From assembly GCA_009103225.1 (NCBI GenBank), contig RHPI01001037.1, forward strand, positions 496,001 to 560,000: DNA of 64,000 nt, written 5' to 3'. Below the pieces are notes generated by a model that ran no database searches, was not told where the DNA came from, and was given only the letters and a program-made list of their open reading frames with translations. Every line of letters begins with the position of its first letter. Position 1 is the stretch's first letter. The position numbers were made by a program, and so were the translations under genes. This stretch comes from Chlorokybus atmophyticus (Eukaryota; Plantae; Mesostigma and Chlorokybus algae). Below are positions 54,231-64,000 of this stretch, piece after piece.

Positions 54231-55584
54231 TTGACAGCGTACGCGCGGCGCAGAAGCGCTTAACAGCATGTGAACCTGAGCTGCACTTGTGGTGCTATTG
54301 ATCATCAGCCTTCCTTATGATAGGGAATGGGCTGATGATTAATGGGCTTTCCTGGTTTCGTCCCAATGATCAAGAGGGTCCTAAAAATGTTTGTTCATAC
54401 GGTGAGCTAGTATGGCTAGCTGTATATGTTATATGAGTCACATACAACATGTTATACATGTCGTATACATACATTGATATAATTTAATGGCAAAAACCAG
54501 GACAATTTTATTAAAAATATTATACATCGAAAAAAGGAGAGAGTCATGGCATTGTACGGTGCATTGTCCGCACCGGGCGACATGCCCCCTCCAAGACGCA
54601 CACTTCTCCCGCAGATAATATAGTAATGTGTGCCCCCTTTGGTTGACTAGGTGGAGCATTTGTAGGGTTGATTGGAATGTTGACATTAATGATTTTTTCA
54701 ACCTTCTCACCACGTCCTACCAGTGGTCTTCAGCGGCAAAAACAATGCTGCAATGGAAATAGTGCAACTCATCTGCTTCATCAAAATCAGCGCCTTGGTA
54801 TACCAAAAGATAGAGCGAGAGAGAGACGTAACCTTTACAGTGCTACATACCTGCATCCACATCCGATAAGGATTTAAGAGGCTTAGTACGTATACTGTTT
54901 AATGCCCCCCATATGGTAGCATGCATGCTACCGCCTCATGCGGCATATATTGTAGGCCAGCTTCCTTACAGTCGTCTATCATCTGGCTTGTGAAACTGAA
55001 GGCACGCAAACGTTTCCAAGCAGTTTTAAAGTAGATGATGATAGCACAACAAGAAGCAGCTGACTCAGTTCACTTTCATTGTAAACATGCGCACTTCAAT
55101 AAGAATGCAATTATCATATGAGCTATGACGACCACGGCTGGACTGAAGTTGCTTCACTGCAACGTTCATTCAAAATTATTTTGCTTTGTGAGATTACCGA
55201 CAACGGCGGCATCGTTGTACTCGGGCAGATCTGCGTTTAAGTTTAAGTTAATCGCAATGACATCAACGGTGCCACCCATATATGCATTGAAACTCACACT
55301 TCATATTCTTATTTGCACGCCTAACAGGCAAGGCATGATCACTCTCACTAGGTGCTATGTTGATAGCATGATTGTATGAGAGTTCAACTCCTCGGGGGTG
55401 CAGTACCCAAGTGGTTCGCTCATACAATAAGTCCTTAAGCTCATGAGCTTTGTGCAGATGAACTGAGCCATACTCTGATAAGCAGCTACTAGCTGTGCTA
55501 GTAGCACAAAGCTGGTCAATAAGCATGTGTATGTTTGAATGCGAGACATGTACACTGATGACACTGTCATGTGTTGTGGCAAGT

Positions 55585-57460
55585 ATCAGGTGGGTGCGCT
55601 TGTTGACGGTTGGCGGCATGTGCGCAACGGCAACGCAAAGCGGTATGGTTCGAGTGCCCGACAAGGCGAGGCAGCTGTTGGGAGTCATGGCTCTGATCCG
55701 TGAGGGCAATGGGCCATGGATGGAGTGCAAGATGCTGGTGGATTGCGGCGCGAACAGCAATTTCATGAGTCGTGAGGTTGCGCGTCGGCACAAGTGGTTG
55801 TCATGGGCAAATGCCGGTTCGGTGGCTCTAGCGGACGGCTATGCGCCAGTAGGAGGAGCTTCCAAGCAAAGCAAAGAGCTTGAAATGCACGTGGGGATGA
55901 TGAAGGATCGCCTACGGTTTGCTGCATCGAGCTGAACAACGGCTTTGATGGCATTTTGGGGCTGCCTTGGCTTTGGTCACATAACCCCGCCATTGATTGG
56001 AGGAAGCGGGTGCTCACTACTTCGGAAGCTGGTGGTGAGGTTTTGATGTGCTTCAATGCTTCAATGCAAGGCGCGTGTGTGGTTCAAGAGCGTGTGAGCT
56101 GCGTCGAGGCTGCTAGCAATGTGCTGCATGCGCGTGACGCGCACGACACGATGGCGCGCCAGCAAGCTGCACCACAACATGCTTCTAGCTCAAGGGGAGG
56201 GGTTCCAGAGCTGGTGTCACAAGTTTCTAAGACCAAGATGGAGCAGATCTGGTCCGGGAACAATGTGAAGGATGCATGGCTGTGCATGGTGCGTGAGACA
56301 CCTCCCAAGTCGGACTTGGAGCTGGTCGGCACTGGTTCGGAAAGTTCGAAGGACCCCGAGGTGCAGAGGTTGCTTGAAGAGTTCAAAGACGTCATGGTGG
56401 ATGGGCTACCAGCTGGTCTGCCGCCCACGCGAAGTGTTGATCACCGTGTGGAACTGATAGAGGGCGTGCACAAGCCGCCGTACCGACCGGTGTACAAGTT
56501 GTCTCCGGCTGAACTCGAAGAGGCGAGGAGCCAAGTCAAGGACCTTCTACAACGTGGGTACATCAGGCACAGCAAGTCTCCTTACGGTGCACCTATCCTA
56601 TTTGTACGTAAGAAGAGCGGAGCCTTGCGCATGTGCATCGACTATCGGCCACTCAACAACATCACCAAGAAGAATGTGTTCCCTTTGCCACGCATTGATG
56701 AGTTGTTGGAGCAGCTCGAGGGTGCTGAGTTCTTCTCAAGCTTGGACCTAGCTGGTGGCTACCATCAGATCCGTGTTGCGCCCGAAGACGTTGAGAAGAC
56801 GGCTTTCAACACTCGCTATGGCCACTATGAGTGGTTGGTGATGTCCTTTGGCATGACAAATGCTCCGGCAACCTTTCAAACCTTGATGAATGAGGTCTTT
56901 GCTGATCTGATTGGCAAGGGCGTGCTAGTGTACCTCGACGACATCCTTGTGTACACAAAGAGCAAGAGAGAGCACGTGGCATTGCTACACGAGGTGATGC
57001 AGCGTTTACGTACACACAAGTTGTTTGCTCAGCTCAACAAGTGCCGCTTCTTGCTTGAAGAGGTAGAATACCTTGGCCACATTGTATCCAAGCAAGGAAT
57101 CAAGGCAGATCCAAGCAAGCTTGCCGCGGTGCGCGATTGGGCTGCCCCGAAGGACGTGAAGGGTGTCATGTCGTTCCTAGGGCTTGCCGGCTACTATCGT
57201 AAGTTTGTAAAGGGCTTTTCGCACTTGGCGGCACCATTGACGGCATTGTTGAGGAAGGGGGTGGCTTGGAGCTGGTCGGAGGCTGCAACAAAGGCATTTT
57301 CCGACTTGAAAGAGGCCCTGACATCGGCTCCCGTGCTGCTGCATCCCAACATGCAATTGCCCTTTGTGGTGGCGTGTGATGCGTCCGACAAGGCTATTGG
57401 GGCTGTTTTGCAGCAGGATCACGGCAACGGCTTGCAACCGGTGGCCTATTTCAGCAAGAA
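55585..57460 (+). mobile_element. Ty3/Gypsy (chromovirus-like) LTR retrotransposon pol fragment: protease, RT, start of RNase H
   Basis: Protease LVDCGANSNFMS and FDGILGLPWL, separated by a -1 frameshift near 55925. RT motifs SPYGAPILFVRKKSGALRMCIDYRPLN, FPLPRIDELL, LDLAGGYHQIRV, FGMTNAPATFQ and VYLDDILVY. RNase H motif FVVACDASDKAIGAVLQQ. Cut at the N at 57461. No gag, integrase or LTR is seen. Confidence 0.93.
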
Positions 57461-57615
57461 NATGAGCGGGGCTGAGCTTTACTATATACGCTGTTGTGTG
57501 CGTACACAACAGCGTTTAAAGTATATATCAATATAGCGTCACATTTGTGTACGCTCACACGCAGAGTCTAATGACGTATGCAACCATGTGATAAGCAGTG
57601 TGATGTCTGATTTAC

Positions 57616-59180
57616 ATCGTCGCAAAATGTTTCCCCTGCCGGCCGACTGAACATTGGCAACGGCCGTGCACCTGAGGATACTTATTTAGACTGTCGACCT
57701 TCAGTCTACCGGCGATCTTGATACAGGGACCTGAGCATAACGGCCGTCACCATTAGTTGGCGGCCGTCTGCATAAAGAGATTGACCATAATTAATAGGTA
57801 CCTGTCAGGTACTCAACAGTTAAGCAAAGGGGACTTGACCTAACTATCATGTAACTGACCGGTACTTATTAGTTAAGTATCGGAGACTGTACGCTAACTG
57901 AGCGAAATTGTCAGGTACCTACCGTTAATGATGTGTACCTTTAAGGGTATCTGCTGGTACCGCTCAGTCATGATTAGGTGTCACACGTGCTTGTCGTCAT
58001 TAGCTGTGCAAGAATGCGTGACAAATAATAAAAGATATATAAATAAGTAAATTACAATGTAATATACTGACTACTACTACTACCGCTAGAACAACTAGAC
58101 TACCACTACTGCTACCACTATCACTACTGCTACTACTACCTTAAGTACTACTGCTAGTACTACCCTTGTACTGAGCTGCGACTCTTGCACCGCCCGCTCC
58201 AGCTCCGCCGCCGCCGTTCCTTCTCCGCCGCCTGGCCTGGTCTGGCCTCGCCTGGCCTGGTCTGGTCCAGCCTAGCCTGGTCTGGCCTAGCCTGGCATGG
58301 CCTGGCCGCCCTAAGGCAAGGAGGGTGGTTAGGTGGCATGCGGTGTTGCGCGTAGTACAACGTCAGATAGCAACCAAGCTCACCTACTGTTCGCCGTTGC
58401 CGCCGCCGCCGCCGCCACTAACAACGCTCTGTTCAACTTGAAGCCGTTGAGCGTTTACATAACTTAGGCAGCTCAAGTTATGCAAACGCGTTGTCGAAAC
58501 GTGACTCGCAACGGCATTATCGTATTTTTTTTTTTACAAGGGTACGAAATTACTATTGTCGTAATGGCACTACCGTACCATTGTCGTAATGGCACTACCG
58601 TACCAGTGACATAGTACGGCGACTGCATTGTACCGCGTCTCGACTTGCTGGCCAGGACCATCGTCCCGACTTGCCAACCTTTAGGGACCGTCGGTCACTT
58701 GCTTATCATACTTGACACACAATAAGTAGGTCGCCGCCGCGGTAAGTGCACGACCGGCGATCGGCCGTCACTTAATAAACGCGGTAAGGTCACCTGATAG
58801 GGACTAACGGTGACTAGCTTGCTAAAGTAGGCAGGCCGTCGCGCATACTTTTCGACTGTCAAGGTACGACCGACGGTCGGCCGTCACTGTATGTGATCAA
58901 AACGTGACTTATCTGCTATACAGATAGGTCGCCATCGCGCAAATGAGACATCCGACAATCGGCCGTCACCTTAAAGTGCGGTGTTGCCGTCACATGCAGG
59001 TCGCCGTCGATTGTACTTATTGGTCGACCGCTTGCCGTCGGTATATGTTGCTTGATAGTAACGGCCGTCATAAAAGGTCCCTTTATAGACCAATCCGTTA
59101 CATCTGGTAGGGTCTGGCAGACTCAAGCACCCGTCAGTCCCTCAATCCCTTGTCAGTCACCGTGTAAAATTTGCGACGAT
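57616..59180. mobile_element. Putative non-autonomous DNA transposon with short TIRs and subterminal repeats
   Basis: atcgtcgcaaa (57616-57626) and tttgcgacgat (59170-59180) form a perfect 11-bp inverted pair. About seven CGGCCGT(C/G) motifs cluster near both ends. The interior holds (ACT)n, a (GCCTG/GTCTG)n pentamer array at 58230-58308 and a 25-bp tandem duplication at 58555-58604. No TSD found. Confidence 0.45.
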
Positions 59181-62100
59181 ATTGCTGAGTGGATTACATT
59201 AAGTGTGTGATACGTTGCCATGCCGTTCAAGCATTGTGCAGTGCTGGACGTCAAGTGAATGGTCAGCACACGCTCTTAAAGGGTTTATTTACCTTGAGGA
59301 TAAAATAGGCCAAGTGGGAAGGCACCAAAAAGGGGACTCAACAGCTATGTCATCACCAGCCTGCGAGTGAGCGTGCTTGACACTGAGATGGCTATTGTAA
59401 AAGTTTTGATGGCTATTTGTAATAAACAGGTATAACAAATCGGACTTTTTGGCCATCAAGTTTGAGATTAAAACCTTTTTTACAATTGTGTCAAATTGAC
59501 TTATACTCGTGCCGGCACGAGTATGAGTTTATATAGCCACATATATTGCATATATGATCAGAATGGAAATGAAAAGGTCAACACGCGAAAATAAACACGC
59601 GGCACTTGATGAACCGAGCAATCAATTCAAAGCAGCTCGTAGACTCCATGCTCATCACATGGCTTTCGAAATCAAATTACACAATGTATACATTATAAGC
59701 GCTTGATATTTCCTTGGGTTGCCGAGTGAGATTGCAAAGATTGTCTGGTTTGCACCAAACGTGAAACAATATCTCGTATGTTGCATTTTTCAAAAGTTGC
59801 ATAAGCGTCGTTTGCTAGATGAACTGCATTCGCGCTGATGACCAAGTTAAGCATGCACACGCCATTTTTCTTCGTAATTAATATGCCAAATCATCAATTG
59901 GTTACTCATATTTGTTGCGTTATGAGACATACATCCATCTCTGGTTATATATGCTATTATGCAAGCCATTCATATGAAGGCGCCATACAGAATGGTTTTG
60001 ACATTTCTACTTGCGTGCTTGTGTAGACGCTGCGCGCTGTTGTGACAAATGAACATGAAGACGTCATAGGCTCCGACAAATTTAATGTGTTTTGCTGTTG
60101 CAAAAAAAGTAACATCATTAATGGTGTCGCGTATGTAAGTTCAGCAGGATGGTACTTTAACTATATTGACGGTTAATATAATGCAGGATTCCACCTCAAT
60201 TGTAGGGGAGCCTCGAAAGGGCGCCCCTACAATTAATTTTAATTTTATGTCACGTGTATTGTTGCAACAATTGCTATGACGGCTTGGGTGAATGACTTTA
60301 AATGGTAGCTGTGCATTGGCATGACTGTGGACACTTTCTTTGCTATGTGTACAGAGTTGTGTACTACAATTTGCTTGCTTGTAGCTAGGTACATCAATGA
60401 TTGGTTCAACGTTGACCGTAATGTAGATTGCAATGTGTACGTACTTGTCAAGTTAAAGTGCTGCTCGTAAACCTGCTCAAGGTGGACTAATACTACAACC
60501 TGCACGTGCACGTGCACGCGTGCGTGCATGCTTGCGTGCGTGTGTGCGTGCGCAAACACGCATACGCACATGTGTGCGTGTGCGAGTGTGTGTGACGGTT
60601 GTGTGTGCGCGCTCTAACGTGCGGGTGCGCGTGCATGCGTGCACAAGTATGTGTGCATTGCGGAGAGCAATGCTTATAAAAGGGATGCATGGAGTGGTCT
60701 TATCGCTTGCTTGCATGAAAATGTTGGCGCGAGCAATGTTTTACAGATTGATGCGATGAACTCGCTGACAATTCGGTTCTAAACCAACCGCAAAGTGTTG
60801 ATATGAGCTTAAAAAAGCAGAAAATATGAGTTAATAATAGTAGTTCGATGCATCTGGCTTGTTCCGCAAACTTGAGCATATTGGATTGTTCGAACGAAAC
60901 GACAAAAATGGCGCAATTCTTACAAGACGGAGTGATTCATTGGACAAACTGGAAGCATGCATGCAATGCATCATGTGCTTGATCCTGTGAGATGCTGCGA
61001 TGTCATTGGGTAAATACCATGCAAGAGCGTTTGCATTCGCCCAATGCAGACAATGCTGCACCGGATGACTCGTCTGTATCGTTCGGAATGCAAAAGGCTC
61101 CCNNNNNNNNNNNNNNNNNNNNNNNNNNNNNNNNNNNNNNNNNNNNNNNNNNNNNNNNNNNNNNNNNNNNNNNNNNNNNNNNNNNNNNNNNNNNNNNNNN
61201 NNNNNNNNNNNNNNNNNNNNNNNNNNNNNNNNNNNNNNNNNNNNNNNNNNNNNNNNNNNNNNNNNNNNNNNNCCCCCCCCCCCCCCCCCCCCCCCCTAGC
61301 ACAGTGCCTTCTGCTGATAGAGTGCCACATGGCAAAGCGGTGACAATGCTGCTTCAGGAGTTTGCCAATCGCTAAGACTTTCACATCTGTAGCAATTGTA
61401 TCTTGTAAATTATGTGATATGCCAAGCTGGCTCGCTTCTTGAAACTTACACCAATATATGTGTTGCAATTTGCAATGCACTTATGAGTCTCAGATGTCGA
61501 TAAGCAGAGACCAACTCTATCAGCCTTCCCAATGTCTTGGCTGAAAGTGTTCACAACACAGGTGTAACTTACACGTAGCGAGTTTCAATAGTTGCGGAGC
61601 CCTTACTTCTGCCTCAATATGAAGTTTGCTATGCATTATAGATCAATTCCAATACAGTACTCAGTTATTACGAACAAAAAACCCAAACTCAAAGGCCTTG
61701 ACTCCATTGGTTGATCCACACATGTGGGTGTCATGTAACATGGAACAGACGACATGGATCATGTCTCATGGTACATGACCATCAATGCCTTGCAGGCTGA
61801 AAACTGCATGATTGCGTCAATGTCAGCTGAAAGGTTCCTCTTCGACAAGCATAACAGCACACTCGAAGGAAGCATGTGAATGCTTTCGTAACTCGGAGAC
61901 GTATCCGAGCCGTTGGCGATACCCGTTCAGACACGGTCCGGGCGGCGGCGGCGGCATCAGCGGGGAGGCCCCGCTACACGGTGCTGATTATGGGCTTGCG
62001 TGTTTCAAGCACGCCTGCATGCTGTATACACTGGAAGAGGCAGCGTGCATGACCGTCGTCGGTCGCTACTTTTCCTGACATGCTGCTTTGTGACCCCTGG

Positions 62101-62534
62101 CCCAGCCTGGTGTGCGAAGGCTTTCTGCCAGAATGGGCCTCATGGAAGAGTTGAGGCGGCTAGATGGAGGCAGTTGTGCATAGACAATGCAGTGAATTCG
62201 CCAAGTAAGTGTTGCTGTTAGCATGGACAGTGAGTAACAAAAAAGTAACTCAGCAGCAATCAGATGCATCAGAGTTTATGGTTGGCCAACAGAATGCTGT
62301 TTATAGCGCCACAGAGGCGCATATGTTTTTGTGCCCAATCAACTCAGACATACTCGTATCTGCCACAATGCAACTTGTATCTGTTGTACCCATTGCACAC
62401 AACAAGCATACCAACCCAGTCACCTTCTTTCTTTCTGTTTCAGTTCATCTAGGAGATACGATGGACACATGATGAGCAAAACGAAGCCGTCGTTCTGTTG
62501 GTATTATGATACATAAACTCGCCCAACAGCATCC

Positions 62535-64000
62535 ATGGGCGTGCCGGGCTTGTGGGACCTTTTGCAGCCGACCAAGCAGCGCCTCGACATCAGTATAGAC
62601 GCCGTCAACAACAACAACAACAACAACAACACGGTGTCGTTGAGGGGTAAGGTGTTGGCGGTGGACTTGGCGTTTTGGGTGTGCGAGGCGGCCGGGTCGA
62701 AGCTCGGGGTCGGGGTCGGCGGCCAATTCGGTGCCGAGCACGCTCTCGTGCCCAAACCACACCTACGCAACCTCTTCTTCAAAACAAACAAACTCCTCAC
62801 CAAAGTACCCGCATGCATGGCACAAACCCGCACGCACGCACACACAGTCACGCACGCACGCACGCACTGTAAGCATGCACACGTGCCTGAGTACACGCAC
62901 ACATGCACACGCGCGCTGTTGTGCGTGTGTGCGTCTGTACCACGCATCTCTGTGTTGTCTTTTACCCATCAACAACATCATCATGTTGCTTATGTACATT
63001 ATCACCACACCAACACGTCTGCAGTATGGTGCGCTTCCTGTGTGCGTTGTGGACGGCGAGGCCCCCGCGCTCAAGGCCAAAGTGCGCATCGACCGATACT
63101 GCCGCTCAGCGGGTGTCGCATGCGAGGCAGACAACAAGAACGACGGCAGCAACGACCAAGGCAGGATGTTCGCACGCAACCCCACGTGGCTGCTCTGGAT
63201 GCAAGAATGCACGGTAAGGAGGGATGCGGGACACATTTGTCTGCACCCTCGTACTGCACAACACCCACGCGCGCACGCACGCACGTGCGCGCGCATACAC
63301 GCAAACAGAAGCATTGTTTTGCGCAATACCCCTCTTGTTCCGTATTACCATTGTCGTGTGCATACGTCGTAGTCATGTTGTTGGCTCGCCAACTATCCGT
63401 GATGATGATGATGTTGTTGTTGTTGCGATATGCAGCAACTGTTGCGTTTGATGGGTCTCCCCGTTCTTCGCGCCCGCCACGAGGCTGAGGCCCTCTGCGC
63501 GCAGCTATGCCTTCACGACGAGGGCCGCGCCGTTCACGCGGCCGTCACGCCCGACGCGGACGCGCTGCTGTACGGCGCAAGACGCGTGTACAAGAACGTT
63601 GATATGAACATCAGAGTGAGTGGCTAGCTTAGAGTAGCAGCCGCTCCCAACGATCAATGCACCTCCTGTCGATGTGTGTTGGTGTGCGTGTTGTTGTTTG
63701 AGTGTGTATGTTGATGACCAATGCTGTATGCTCCTGGTGTTGATTTGACAGGATCCGTGGGTTGAAGCGTACGAGGCGGCTGATATCGAGAGGAGGTTGG
63801 GTGAGCGAGTGTCATGCGAGGAGGCGACTTGTCATTGTTTGTTTGTGTCCGTCTGAGTGGATGGTTGACAGCGTGTTGGACAGGGCTTGCGAGGGAGCAC
63901 CTGGTGGGTATGGCGCTGCTGCTGGGTTGCGATTTCGACGGGAATGTAGGGGTGCGCCGCGTGGGTCCCCGTCACGCAGCGCGCGCCCTCGCACACCTCC
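62535..64000 (+). CDS. GEN1: XPG/Rad2-family flap endonuclease / Holliday junction resolvase GEN-like 1 (plant type), 3'-partial
   Basis: MGVPGLWDLLQP, LRGKVLAVDLAFWV, KPHLRNLFFKT..LLTK-YGALPVCVVDGEAPALKAKVRIDRY, LGLPVL-like LMGLPVLRARHEAEALCAQL, TPDADALLYGARRVYK, and H2TH motif HLVGMALLLGCDFD..GVRRVGP. Runs off the window end. Confidence 0.9.

Noticed and set aside
49153-54305. Numerous Cys/His/Val-rich ORFs in the ORF track
   Set aside because: They are by-products of (CA/TG)n-rich low-complexity DNA open on both strands.
54290-54370. Possible hammerhead ribozyme (CTGATGA on both strands, GAAA on the minus strand)
   Set aside because: No stem III with a UH cleavage triplet in a valid order could be built. 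Kept only as a plain hairpin.
59280-61800. AT-rich tracts (also 25400-26100 and 54400-55500) as possible transposase or viral gene relics
   Set aside because: Manual translation of several frames gave no recognisable motif. A translated profile search would be needed.

Overview
This is intron-rich eukaryotic nuclear DNA from the green lineage. The GFT1, long alpha-amylase, GEN1 and Ole e 1/PDF1-like proteins resemble land-plant versions, so an early-diverging streptophyte alga is plausible (inference). Eleven spliced genes can be reconstructed: a GDP-fucose/GONST-type transporter, MRE11, a tail-to-tail pair of EGF + five-bladed beta-propeller membrane proteins, a plastid-targeted coiled-coil alpha-amylase, two paralogous Ole e 1-like/extensin/PDF1-like secreted glycoproteins, a CID-domain protein, WDR55, TIM44 and GEN1 (truncated by the window end). 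Between them lie a MITE, a decayed Penelope-like retroelement, a Ty3/Gypsy pol fragment, a TIR-bounded non-autonomous element, an old ~3.2-kb tandem duplication, microsatellites and several assembly gaps. The most notable observations are: only 1 of 8 intron positions is shared between two adjacent, clearly homologous paralogs; land-plant-like wall-protein architecture with a conserved promoter block; three GC-AG introns; and coding-like divergence inside an otherwise low-complexity duplication. Exon boundaries and family assignments were made by eye and from recalled motifs, with no database searches.
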